A DNA stretch of 61,790 nucleotides, the filler included. It is 6 parts of 6 records of this genome, joined end to end, with 100 filler letters (N's around TTAATTAATTAA, not from the genome) between each part and the next. Parts side by side here need not be neighbours in the genome. Positions count along the whole stretch, not along the records: positions 23,610 to 36,520 come from SRR20825010_5729; positions 36,621 to 53,186 come from SRR20825010_5736; 4 more parts are not named here. One strand, written 5' to 3'. Position numbers and translations under genes: made by a program. Position 1 is the first letter of the stretch. Each line of letters starts with the position of its first letter. Under the pieces are notes generated by a model. The model made no database searches and was not told the DNA's origin. It was given only the letters and a program-made list of their open reading frames with translations. Below, piece after piece: positions 28,149 to 38,006 of this stretch.

Positions 28149-31094
28149 CTAATCTACTTTTGTAGCATTTTTTTGAGCCGTTGCGAGATAGGCTTTCAAA
28201 AGGCGTGCGGCGCATATGCCATTGAGTGGGCCGGGGTGCGTCACATCCATAAAATCTTCCGGATCACCTCCAAATTTCGATGGTTCTCGCATGTCAATAA
28301 TGTCGGTGTTTTCAGGGAATGACTCCGAGATTATATTTGTTATTCGATTATATTCTGATTTTGAGATGGGATCGTTTATTACCGCATCAAAAAGCTTAGG
28401 GTGGTATGGGGGAATAATAAATATTATCTTATCGCATTTATCTTTGATGAGATGAGAAAAGCTGAGGAATTTTCTTTTAATTGTGCTTGTTTTTATTTTT
28501 CTAGAATTGTGGGTCCGCATAAAATAAGCAGAAATTCCAGATTGTATGTCATTTTTTGCATGTGTGTATCGGGAGATGTTTTTTCCATTTCGTAAAAATT
28601 CAGAATCTCCATTGGGTTTCAATATTTCTTTTACATCATCCTCAATGGCACCAAATCTTATTTGATTTATCCGCCTGTTACGGACTTGTGCATCTCTGCG
28701 ATCTGCTAATGAAAGGTCAATATTTTCCGAATATTTTAGTAGATATGGTTTGAGAACAGGGGTTCTCAAAACCGAAGAGGATGGAAGTTCAAGAAAACTG
28801 CCAACTCGCTCAATATCTATTGATATTATAAGTGTTTCTATATTTTTTTGTATTGTTTCAAGTATGTAAGATGTGATGGCGTAAAAATCAGGAAGTGAGG
28901 CGCCTCCGGTGTAGAAATTAAAAAAAGTAATCTCATCGGAGCTAAGTTCAGTTGCCGATAAAACTTTAAAATTGCTCGAGGATAGTATGAATGAGGAAAA
29001 TGAGGACGGTGCTTTCTGGAGGATTCGAGTTTTTTCGATCGCATGGGCTGCACCATCAGAAATAACCAGCGGGCGCTCATATTCACCCGTGCGAGCTTTT
29101 TCTGCCAGGTGACAGATTGACTGAATAGACTCGAACTTGTCGAAGCCAACTTCCAAAGGTGACGGCACTGGTTTCCCAACATTTTCCTCAAGCAAAAGAA
29201 TTAGGTCTACGATTGCGAGGGAGTCGAGTAGCCCTGACGAAAGAAAATTTCCACTGTCGATAGCGCTGTCGTTAAGGTTGAAGCGTCGTTTCAAGAAGCG
29301 GTGAATTTTTTCAGAGAGATCCTGTGTTCGTTCTGAGGGCAATGCATCATTTTGAGAGCTTAGGCTGGCAAAGATGGCGTGTGCACTTTTGCGGGAAATT
29401 TTTCCGGAGGATGCCTTTTTCAGCGTTTGTCGAGGGAGCGTTTCGATGACTGCGGGGATAAAATTAAAAGTTTTCAAGATACGGCTGCGAACTTCCGAGG
29501 CTATCGCCTGATTTTCCTCGGTCGTTGATGCATTCGTTTCACAGAGTATGACAATATCTGTCGTCGCCGGATTATTCAATGTGACGCCGATTGCCGCAGC
29601 TCTGCCGGGTATGATGCCTTTGATATCCCAGAGCGCCTCTTCGATTGCGACAGGATCGTAATTGGCGCCATAGGCAATAATCATGTCATCCATGCGTCCA
29701 ACGACATAAAGATGATCGTCGGATATAAAGCCTATGTCGCCAGTTGCGAAAAAGTCTTCCTTTGTGATGTTTGTCGCAGCGGAGGCGGTATTAAAATATC
29801 CCGACATAAGTGACGGTGATTGAACATGAATTGAGCCGACATGGCGATCAGGCAGTTTTTTCTCCTCGGAACTACGAATTTGAAGCGTTGTACCTGCAAT
29901 CGGGACACCTGAGCTGACGATGGTTTTGCGCCCGTCTTTCACGGGCTTTCCGTAAGATAGGGATTGTGGGTTAATTTTTAGTCTGTTCTGGGGGTGTGCG
30001 TGGTTGGTCGATGTCATGGCAAAAGTTGTTTCAGCCATTGCGTAACAGGAGTGCAATTGTTGGCTGTTAATGCCGCATTTGGAGAACGCATCGAGAAATG
30101 CGTTTTGTGCAGCATCCGTGACTGGCTCTGAGCAATTCGTGATCATCTGGATTGAGGATAGATCGAAGGCTCCGTGGATCGATGGTTTGTACCACCGTGC
30201 CATATATGAATAGGCAAAGTTTGGTAGCCATATATGCGTGGCTTGCATTTGTTCAATTCGACGCAAAAACCACTGCGGGTTTGATAGCCAGTCAAATGGA
30301 GACATATGTACTGCTCTTGCCGCAGTCAGAAGCGGAGTCCAGTAAGAGCAAATTAACCCCATATCATGATATAGAGGAAGCCAGCTGCTAATAACGCTGT
30401 CCTGTGTAATGCCGATTGCATTGGTATAGCGCTCTATTTGTTCCAGAAGGGCTGCTTCGGAAATCTCTACGCCTTTTTTTAGGCCGGTGGTGCCCGAACT
30501 ATACTGAATGATGACAGGCATATTGTCGGGGCGAGGGCGGTAGGGGATAGGTTCAGCCGTGGATGTCTGGAGGATGGTAGATGCCCCCAGAACTGGTGAT
30601 TTGCGAGTGTCGATAAAAAGTCGGGAAGCTTCGTCGACGATACTCAGCCGAGGACTGATTTGATCAATCAAAACCGCGATCATCTCGGCATAATCTTGTT
30701 CGGAAATCTTTGGATTTGGCGGCGTCATTACAATTGGAATCGCGCCAGCATGAAAGGCCGATGCAATCGCGAGGAACAGGGCCGTCTGATGAGACATGCA
30801 GATGAGCACTCTGTCTCCGGGTTTCACGCCTGCCTCAATGAGTTTGCTTGCTGATCGGGCTGCTCCTAGGAGAAAGCCTTTGTATGTGAATGGGTGTGGG
30901 ATGTTTTTGCTGTCAACAATGTCGAAGAATGCTTTGGAGGCGTGCTGCTCATAATTGAACTGCATCTGTTTCTGTATAGAGTTCTGGAGCTTCATGGAGG
31001 CAGAGATTTCAATGGTGAACGATTGGGTGACGGTAGCGTGTTCATACGGATAAATTTGCTGTCGCGTAGCGGCGTGCAATGTCTCGTTTATCAT
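28149..31094 (-). CDS. Fatty acyl-AMP ligase + acyl carrier protein + SGNH/DltD-like domain fusion (start may be 30965)
   Basis: QYSSGTTGLKKG, SWLPLYHDMGLI, CYAMAETT, TGDIG, GRMDD and ASSGKI (adenylation/FAAL); SGLLDSLAIVDLILLLE (ACP); ILSSSN, FNFYTGGAS, IPPYHP and FMDVTH (SGNH-like). Confidence 0.8.
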   Translation of the reverse strand: MINETLHAATRQQIYPYEHATVTQSFTIEISASMKLQNSIQKQMQFNYEQHASKAFFDIVDSKNIPHPFTYKGFLLGAARSASKLIEAGVKPGDRVLICMSHQTALFLAIASAFHAGAIPIVMTPPNPKISEQDYAEMIAVLIDQISPRLSIVDEASRLFIDTRKSPVLGASTILQTSTAEPIPYRPRPDNMPVIIQYSSGTTGLKKGVEISEAALLEQIERYTNAIGITQDSVISSWLPLYHDMGLICSYWTPLLTAARAVHMSPFDWLSNPQWFLRRIEQMQATHIWLPNFAYSYMARWYKPSIHGAFDLSSIQMITNCSEPVTDAAQNAFLDAFSKCGINSQQLHSCYAMAETTFAMTSTNHAHPQNRLKINPQSLSYGKPVKDGRKTIVSSGVPIAGTTLQIRSSEEKKLPDRHVGSIHVQSPSLMSGYFNTASAATNITKEDFFATGDIGFISDDHLYVVGRMDDMIIAYGANYDPVAIEEALWDIKGIIPGRAAAIGVTLNNPATTDIVILCETNASTTEENQAIASEVRSRILKTFNFIPAVIETLPRQTLKKASSGKISRKSAHAIFASLSSQNDALPSERTQDLSEKIHRFLKRRFNLNDSAIDSGNFLSSGLLDSLAIVDLILLLEENVGKPVPSPLEVGFDKFESIQSICHLAEKARTGEYERPLVISDGAAHAIEKTRILQKAPSSFSSFILSSSNFKVLSATELSSDEITFFNFYTGGASLPDFYAITSYILETIQKNIETLIISIDIERVGSFLELPSSSVLRTPVLKPYLLKYSENIDLSLADRRDAQVRNRRINQIRFGAIEDDVKEILKPNGDSEFLRNGKNISRYTHAKNDIQSGISAYFMRTHNSRKIKTSTIKRKFLSFSHLIKDKCDKIIFIIPPYHPKLFDAVINDPISKSEYNRITNIISESFPENTDIIDMREPSKFGGDPEDFMDVTHPGPLNGICAARLLKAYLATAQKNATKVD

Positions 31095-31209
31095 GTTTAT
31101 AGGGTGGAAGCCGCGATCAATTTTTCACGAGATGGATATTTCTGAGGGCGGGGGAGAGGCTTGTATTTGGTTTGAGTTTTTTCTGGTTTTTGATTGGTTT
31201 AAATATACC

Positions 31210-32331
31210 TTAATCTATCCCGTCTCCGGTATTTGGAAGTTGTAGAAAATAATTTTTTGTCAAAGTAGGTTTCAAGGGAAGCTCGAGCTTATTAGTGAAG
31301 GTTTTCACGCCGTTATCAGTGTGGTTCGAGGTGCGCCATCCTGAAATGTCTTCGGTGCGCTCATAGAAGTCGTCTGCGCCGAATTTAAGCTCTTCGGCGG
31401 TGCATTTTTCAATGATGATGTCCGGTTTTTTTGATGCTAAGTGCGCCTTCAGTAAGGCCCCGTTCATTAAGCCAGCTTCCAATGCTTCTTTTTGGCGGTA
31501 CTGTTTGCCGTTCATTATGATTTTTGCGCCTAATGAGCGGTCATGCTCGTTCCAAATACCGTTTGGATCTGTGTTTTCAGTGATAAGAGTTGGAGTTCCG
31601 AACGCTGGGCCAAAAGAAAGGGGGCCAGAGTTTGAAGAAATAAAATAGCGAGAAGACATGACTGCGTATGCATGGAGAGAGATGTTATTTTCTATGTGGG
31701 AAATATCAATGATTCCATCAATTTTTGGGAGTGGTGTCATTCCAGGGTGGCCGATTCTAACAACTTGCCCGCCTTGTTTTTTTACTATGTAGTCTGCCAA
31801 CTCGATGTATGGGCGTGGATCAAGAATATCTCTGAAGAGGTGCGGCGGGCGCCCTGGGTATCCTGGTTCTCTCCAATAGAGGCAGGCAAACCAACGGTTT
31901 TCATCGAGGCCTAGATCTATGAGGTTTTGCTTTAATGATATTTGTTTTTTTTCTGGAATGACAAACCTAGATTTTTTTTTGAAAGAAGGCATCGCAAAAT
32001 CATTCAGAGTTTGTGATGTTAATATTATATCGGATCGCCTTCCGTCCATTTTAATCCAATTTTCATTATTAAAAGTAAGAGGGGACCCTGATCTTTTGTC
32101 AAAGCAATCAATGGGGAAATTTTTTATTTTCTCAGGTGATGCGTGAAATGAAAAATCGATTTGTGGCATCATTTCAATGATCTGTGATTTGTACCATCTG
32201 TCATTTCTGTAGTACACTATAAGTGATGCGTCTTCGAAATTTACTTTTATCGTGGTGGCTGCTGCGCATTCTACAATAAAATCTCCAAGCGCTCGAGATC
32301 CTATGTAAGAAAAAATTCTAACTTTCGACAT
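31210..32331 (-). CDS. Putative glycosyltransferase, TIGR04372-like (GT-B/GT9-related)
   Basis: RALGD, WFACLYWREPGY, GGQVVRIGHP and YFISSNSGP...AFGTP. Strongly AT-rich. Confidence 0.7.
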   Translation of the reverse strand: MSKVRIFSYIGSRALGDFIVECAAATTIKVNFEDASLIVYYRNDRWYKSQIIEMMPQIDFSFHASPEKIKNFPIDCFDKRSGSPLTFNNENWIKMDGRRSDIILTSQTLNDFAMPSFKKKSRFVIPEKKQISLKQNLIDLGLDENRWFACLYWREPGYPGRPPHLFRDILDPRPYIELADYIVKKQGGQVVRIGHPGMTPLPKIDGIIDISHIENNISLHAYAVMSSRYFISSNSGPLSFGPAFGTPTLITENTDPNGIWNEHDRSLGAKIIMNGKQYRQKEALEAGLMNGALLKAHLASKKPDIIIEKCTAEELKFGADDFYERTEDISGWRTSNHTDNGVKTFTNKLELPLKPTLTKNYFLQLPNTGDGID

Positions 32332-32347
32332 TTTATTTCCTTTTCTT

Positions 32348-33814
32348 TTAATTTACAAATTTCTTACACAAAAATAGATGTAGTGTGCGGTTTTTTTCTT
32401 TTCCTGTTTTGGCTTTAATTGAGATTAGGTTAGTTACCTCTCCGAACCGTTCCAGGATCGGGAACGGATTATCCCATTTTGCTACCAGCAAAACCGTGTC
32501 ACCGGGCTTGGGGAGATAACGTTCCGTCAACTCGTAATGATGGTCCGGGTGGCCGTCATAGTCCCACATCCTCGGCCGGCGTTCGAGATCACGCAGAGCA
32601 TAGAGCAGGGAGGCCATGGTCTTGCGGTCTTCGGTCAGCCAGACGGCGTCCGGATGGGCGGCGAGGATGGGGCGGAGCTGGTCGGCCACCTGGTCCCAGG
32701 CGCGGAGCCGGCGCAGCGGATCGTTTTTCAATGGAACATCAACGCCCGGCAGATCGAGGAAGAAGAAGCCAAGCACGGCGGCGGCGGTGAGGTTGATGCC
32801 GATACCGGCGACAACCAGCTTCAGGCGGTCACGCTTGAGCAGCCAACACACAACCAGGATCGTTGCCGCGACATAGGCGGTAGCCGCCCAGTTGGCGTTT
32901 GCCCGGCTGAGGAAGGCCTGGCCGGTGATGATCAGCAGCACCGGCAGGGAGAAGCACAGCAGCAGCTTTTCCATTTGCGCCGCCGGGTCCCGGCGCAGCA
33001 TGGCGAGGCGCCAGAGCAGGGCGACGAAAAGCACCGGCCCGAAGACACCGGCCTGGCTGCCGACAAACTCCAGCATTTTTCCGAAATGGAACAGGTCGCC
33101 CTTCAGATTGGTGTTGTCTTTGACGTGCGTGAAGGTCACCCAGCCGGACTCGAAATTCCAGATCAGGTTCGGCGCGAACACGGCAAGCATGATGACGAGC
33201 GCGATCAGCGGCTTCCGGCTTGTCAGCCAGGACCGGTGTGCAGGCGTGATCAGCGTGAACAGGACCAGACCGAGGATGAAATAGGCCATGGCATATTTGG
33301 CGAGAAACCCAGCGCCGAGGGCGAGGCCGAGCAGCAGAGGCCATCCGGGTGCATCGCTTTTCAGGCTGCGGACGAAGGCCAGCATGGCCACAGCCCAGAG
33401 GAACAGAAGCGGCACGTCGGTCGAGATCAGCAGGCTGGAGAGAGAGACAGCCGGAAGCGTCGCAAAACTCAGCCCGGACCAGAACCCGGCTTTCCTGCTC
33501 CCTGTCAGGGTCTCGGCAATGCCGTAGATGACGAGCGCTGTTCCCGCATGCAGCAAGGGCGAGGGCGCGCGGATACAGGCGGTCCCATCGCCGCAGAGCG
33601 ATTGCGCCCCGGCGATGATGAAGGCGATCAGCGGCGGCTTCGTATAATAGCCCCATTCAAGATCGCGGCTCCACGACCAGTATTGCGCCTCGTCGCCATG
33701 AAGGCCGAGCCCGCTGCCTGCAAGCACCGCCAGCCGGAGCGCGGTCAGTGCCGCGACGGCCAGGAGGAGCCACAGGAAGTAGGGGCGGCTGTCATCTTTG
33801 ATCACGGTTGGCAT
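32348..33814 (-). CDS. ArnT/PMT family (GT83/GT39-like) membrane glycosyltransferase
   Basis: DEAQYWSWSRDLEWGYYTKPPL, ISTDVPL, GFLAKY, PNLIWN and ANANWAA; many TM helices. Confidence 0.9.
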   Translation of the reverse strand: MPTVIKDDSRPYFLWLLLAVAALTALRLAVLAGSGLGLHGDEAQYWSWSRDLEWGYYTKPPLIAFIIAGAQSLCGDGTACIRAPSPLLHAGTALVIYGIAETLTGSRKAGFWSGLSFATLPAVSLSSLLISTDVPLLFLWAVAMLAFVRSLKSDAPGWPLLLGLALGAGFLAKYAMAYFILGLVLFTLITPAHRSWLTSRKPLIALVIMLAVFAPNLIWNFESGWVTFTHVKDNTNLKGDLFHFGKMLEFVGSQAGVFGPVLFVALLWRLAMLRRDPAAQMEKLLLCFSLPVLLIITGQAFLSRANANWAATAYVAATILVVCWLLKRDRLKLVVAGIGINLTAAAVLGFFFLDLPGVDVPLKNDPLRRLRAWDQVADQLRPILAAHPDAVWLTEDRKTMASLLYALRDLERRPRMWDYDGHPDHHYELTERYLPKPGDTVLLVAKWDNPFPILERFGEVTNLISIKAKTGKEKNRTLHLFLCKKFVN

Positions 33815-34016
33815 GCGTCGATGCTTTCCTTACGCGCCGGCCTTGCGTGCCGGAGATGTCCCGCCTTAGCCGAGGCGCGCCTCCGAAACAATCGGGAATC
33901 GGTGCGGTGCGGTAAATTGACCTCGATCAGGATCGTCAGAACCCGCAACCGGAGTTTCTTGCCGAAGCCGCCGCAACCCAGTAGGACAAACGCAATAGCG
34001 TGACAAAGAGGCGACC

Positions 34017-35942
34017 ATGGCGATGAAGACCCTGGATGAAAAAACCTTGATGACGCTCGCGGAGGAATCTCCCGAAACGTCTCGCGAAGCCTGGATGAGT
34101 GCTGTCGATACGGTGCTGAAAGGCGCGTCGTTCGACAAGGTTCTCACCCGTCGAACCTATGAAGGTCTGACGCTGCAGCCGATCTATACCGGTGAGGACG
34201 CACCGTCCGGCAGGACCGTGCCAACTCCGGGTGGTGATCGGACTGAGGCCGGCTGGGATGTGCGGCAAATGCAGGCGCATGGCGATCCGGCGGAAGTTGC
34301 CAAGACGGCAAAGCAGGATCTGGAGCGCGGCGCGACTTCGGTTCTGCTGCGGGTCGACCGGCCCGGCGTGGAGGGTGTGGTCATCGGGTCGACGGACGAT
34401 CTCGACAAGGCGCTCGCCGGCATTCACCTGAACATGGCGCCTGTCGCGCTGGATGCGGGCGCATATGCGCCTGCTGTCTCCTCCATGCTGGAAGATCTCT
34501 GGGCCCGCCGCGGCTGCGATGCGGGAGAGGTTTCAGGCAGTTTTCGGATCGATCCGCTCGGCGCGCTGGCCCGGGAAGGCTGGCTGCCGAAGACGGCGGA
34601 AGATGCTCTTGCGGAGATGGCGGAGATTGCCAAGCGGACGGCGGCAAGCCATCCGAAGGTGCGATCCGTAGCGGTCGATACCGCACCGTATTACGAAGCG
34701 GGCGCCAACGAAGTGCAGGATCTGGCCTTCGCGATGGCGACCGGCATTGCTTATCTGCGTGCGCTAACCGCAGCCGGACTTGATATCGCCTCAGCCGCAA
34801 AGCAGATCGAATTCACCTTCGCGCTCGGCGTCGACGTTTTCCAGGGCATCGCCAAGCTGCGCGCGGCACGGCGGCTTTGGGCGCGGGTGCTAGAAGCGTC
34901 CGGTACCGATTCCGCAGATGCTCCGATGAGCTTGCATGTGGTCACGGCGGAGCGGGCGATTGCCGGACGGGATGTCTGGGTCAACATGCTGCGCGCCACG
35001 GTCTCGACCTTTGCCGCCGGTGTCGGCGGGGCGGACAGTCTGACGGTGCTGCCCTACGATCATGCGGTCGGCTTGCCGGACGGGTTCGCCCGCCGCATTG
35101 CCCGCAATACCCAGATCATCCTGATGGAAGAGTCCGGCCTGCATCGCGTGACCGATCCGGCGGGCGGGTCCTGGTATGTCGAACATCTGAGCGACGAATA
35201 TGCGGTCCGGGCCTGGGATATCCTGCAATCCATAGAGGCTGATGGCGGCATGGTCGCCGCGCTTGCCTCTGGCCGGGTTGCTTCGATGGTTGCCGATGGC
35301 TGGGCCGAACGGGAACGGAACCTCGCCCGGCGCAAGGACGAGGTCACCGGCGTCAGCACCTTCCCGAACTTGAGTGAGGAAACGGCGGTAGGCGTCGTGT
35401 GTGACCGGGACGCGCTACGCGGGGTCCTTGGTCAAGGCGCTCTGCCGGACCGTGCGAAACCCGGTGTGGAGATGGTGCCCCTGGCCCGTCACACGCTCGG
35501 TGAAGGGTTTGAAGCCCTGCGTGCCGCGAGCGATGCGGCACTTGAAAAATCAGGCGCACGGCCCCGGATCTTCCAGATCAATCTTGGCACGCCGGCTGAT
35601 TACACGGCGCGGGGAACCTTCGCGCAGAACTATTTTGCGGCGGGCGGTATCGAAAGCGTTCCGGCGGAAACTGGCGGCAGTGATGCCGGAGCCGCATTCA
35701 AAAAGAGCGGCTGCCGTTTTGCTGTTCTCTGCTCCTCTGATAAAATCTACGGCGAAGCTGTGGTGGAAACTGCCGAAGTCCTGAAGAAATTCGGTGCGGA
35801 ACGTATTCTTCTGGCAGGGCGTCCCGGCGATAACGAAGATGTCTGGCGGGCAGCGGGGATCGACGGTTTCATCTATGTTGGAGACCAGACCCTCGCGACC
35901 CTTCGCGATCTGGCCGCCGGATTGGGAGTGATCGAACAATGA
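34017..35942 (+). CDS. Methylmalonyl-CoA mutase small (non-catalytic) subunit
   Basis: [47 protein letters not shown] and VLCSSD; lacks the DxHxxG motif. ATGA overlap with the large subunit. Confidence 0.9.
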   Translation: MAMKTLDEKTLMTLAEESPETSREAWMSAVDTVLKGASFDKVLTRRTYEGLTLQPIYTGEDAPSGRTVPTPGGDRTEAGWDVRQMQAHGDPAEVAKTAKQDLERGATSVLLRVDRPGVEGVVIGSTDDLDKALAGIHLNMAPVALDAGAYAPAVSSMLEDLWARRGCDAGEVSGSFRIDPLGALAREGWLPKTAEDALAEMAEIAKRTAASHPKVRSVAVDTAPYYEAGANEVQDLAFAMATGIAYLRALTAAGLDIASAAKQIEFTFALGVDVFQGIAKLRAARRLWARVLEASGTDSADAPMSLHVVTAERAIAGRDVWVNMLRATVSTFAAGVGGADSLTVLPYDHAVGLPDGFARRIARNTQIILMEESGLHRVTDPAGGSWYVEHLSDEYAVRAWDILQSIEADGGMVAALASGRVASMVADGWAERERNLARRKDEVTGVSTFPNLSEETAVGVVCDRDALRGVLGQGALPDRAKPGVEMVPLARHTLGEGFEALRAASDAALEKSGARPRIFQINLGTPADYTARGTFAQNYFAAGGIESVPAETGGSDAGAAFKKSGCRFAVLCSSDKIYGEAVVETAEVLKKFGAERILLAGRPGDNEDVWRAAGIDGFIYVGDQTLATLRDLAAGLGVIEQ

Positions 35943-36520
35943 GCGCGATACCCGATTTCTCGACCGTCTCTCTCGGCAACCCCGCGACTGGCGGATCTGC
36001 TGTGGAAGGCGACGTCTGGGAGACCCCGGAGCGGATCGCGGTCAAGCCGCTCTACACGGCGGAGGATATCGAGGGCCTCGATTTCCTGAAGACCTGGCCC
36101 GGCCTGCCGCCGTTCCTGCGCGGACCTTATCCGACCATGTATGTGAACAAGCCCTGGACTGTCCGGCAATATGCCGGTTTCTCCACGGCGGAGCAGTCGA
36201 ATGCCTTCTACCGCCGCAATCTCGCAGCCGGTCAGAAGGGGCTTTCGGTGGCCTTCGATCTGGCGACCCACCGGGGCTATGACAGCGATCATCCGCGCGT
36301 CGTCGGCGATGTCGGCATGGCTGGGGTCGCGATCGACAGCATTCTCGACATGCGCCAGCTTTTCGACGGCATCCCGCTCGACCAGATGAGTGTGTCGATG
36401 ACCATGAACGGCGCCGTGCTGCCGGTCATGGCGCTCTATATCCTCGCGGCGGAAGAACAGGGCGTTTCCCCGGAAAAGCTCAGCGGTACCATTCAGAACG
36501 ACATTCTGAAGGAGTTCATG
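35939..36520 (+). CDS. scpA: Methylmalonyl-CoA mutase large subunit, 3' truncated
   Basis: [38 protein letters not shown] and [12 protein letters not shown]. Confidence 0.95.
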
Positions 36521-36620
36521 NNNNNNNNNNNNNNNNNNNNNNNNNNNNNNNNNNNNNNNNNNNNTTAATTAATTAANNNNNNNNNNNNNNNNNNNNNNNN
36601 NNNNNNNNNNNNNNNNNNNN
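36521..36620. other. Artificial contig spacer
   Basis: N-run with TTAATTAATTAA. Confidence 0.98.
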
Positions 36621-36650
36621 TGCAGAATCCTGAGTTGTCATAACTCGGAG

Positions 36651-38006
36651 TTATTGCACCAGCTTTCCGTCTCGCAATGAAATAAAGTAGTTGTCCCTAC
36701 CTATCTGGCCGCCTTTGAGAGCGATTTCCAGTTGGGTTCCATCATTGTGAAAGGCGTTACACAAAGGGGACCCCGGTGTTTGCGGTATGGGGTGGCGCAG
36801 TGTTAAGGCGTAAATGTTCATTTCGCTCAGTGCCAGACTAGATGTATCACCGCCGGCAATAACGGCGCGTTCCAACTTATGCTCGCGGATCAACCTGTCG
36901 AGCAGTGCTCCCAGATGGCGCCCGGCGATGTCTGCAGAAGCGGTTTGAGCACTGGTGACCGTTTCTGGGCCGCGCGCTGTGTAAATGATCGGGCTTTTAC
37001 CACTCTGTAGGTGTTTTGACGCAGTCTTGGCGGTTTGTTCGAGAGCAAGCTCAGTTCCTTGCCCGGAAATCAGTGTATGATAGTCAACCGGAACGCCCGC
37101 AAAATTCTCAGAAAGGGCCGTTTCAATCTGGTTTGCCGTGGTTGAAGAGCAACTTCCTGAAACAACAGCAATGCGCTCGAGTTTTTTGGGGCTGGAAATT
37201 TGCGGTGCGGGTCCGATGAGGTCGGCCTGCCGCCATGCCCGAAGCAATGCATACTCAACACCCGATGATCCAACTGCGAACGGGCCGAGTAATTTACGAA
37301 AAGTATGCAGAAACGCGCCAGCGGCCGCCTGACTTGGATCGTCGTAAACATCAAGAAGAAGGCATTGTTGATCTGGAAGTGTGGTTCGCGTTCCGTGTCC
37401 GTCATACGCTCCTTCAAGGAGGGTCTTTACTTGATCAAAAGTAACGCAGGTTGAAGAAAGCGAACTCTGCCTGCCCAGATGCAAAAGAAGGTCAGATTCG
37501 GTCATCGGTGTTGCGGGGTGTTGGCTCATGACCGGGTGTCGGTCGATGCGACAGGTCCGGTCGCGGTATGCGGCAAACAGATGCCCAAAGAAGGTATATC
37601 GGCGAAGCTGGGGGGCGCCGACAATCAACGGAACCTGTTTTTGGTCAAACACGGTTCTGCCGATTTCTATGGCGCGTCCGATCGAACCCTGTTGCGGTGC
37701 ACTGTCGAAAGTTGAACATGTTTTATAATGAAAATGCTTTGCGTTCAGTCGCTGCAACCATTGGAAAACATCAGGCAGATTGTCGTCCATCCATTGAGGG
37801 GGTTGGCTTCGGCTAATCCCTGCCAGACCAACAGCCCTGCAGTTTTTAAACTGTTCAATGTGATGAGCTTCCGGGATGCGCGTAAACAAAACGGTTTCAA
37901 TACCGTTTGAAGACAGTGCCTCCATGACGTCGGTGGAACCGGTAAAGTCATCCCCGTAAAAAGAGAGAAACAGGTCTTGGGCGAATGAATTTCTAGACAT
38001 GATCAT
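36651..38006 (-). CDS. oiaK: Four-carbon acid sugar kinase (DUF1537 family), probable 3-oxo-isoapionate kinase
   Basis: YGDDFTGSTD, HYKTCSTFDS, GSSGVEYAL, SGSCS, AGGDTS and LKGGQIG; coupled to the RLP gene in an apiose locus. Confidence 0.82.
   Translation of the reverse strand: MIMSRNSFAQDLFLSFYGDDFTGSTDVMEALSSNGIETVLFTRIPEAHHIEQFKNCRAVGLAGISRSQPPQWMDDNLPDVFQWLQRLNAKHFHYKTCSTFDSAPQQGSIGRAIEIGRTVFDQKQVPLIVGAPQLRRYTFFGHLFAAYRDRTCRIDRHPVMSQHPATPMTESDLLLHLGRQSSLSSTCVTFDQVKTLLEGAYDGHGTRTTLPDQQCLLLDVYDDPSQAAAGAFLHTFRKLLGPFAVGSSGVEYALLRAWRQADLIGPAPQISSPKKLERIAVVSGSCSSTTANQIETALSENFAGVPVDYHTLISGQGTELALEQTAKTASKHLQSGKSPIIYTARGPETVTSAQTASADIAGRHLGALLDRLIREHKLERAVIAGGDTSSLALSEMNIYALTLRHPIPQTPGSPLCNAFHNDGTQLEIALKGGQIGRDNYFISLRDGKLVQ

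Noticed and set aside
32537-34003. 488-aa plus-strand ORF
   Set aside because: Antisense shadow of the ArnT-like glycosyltransferase.
33815-34016. Cobalamin riboswitch upstream of methylmalonyl-CoA mutase
   Set aside because: No recognisable B12-box or conserved core in this short divergent intergenic region.
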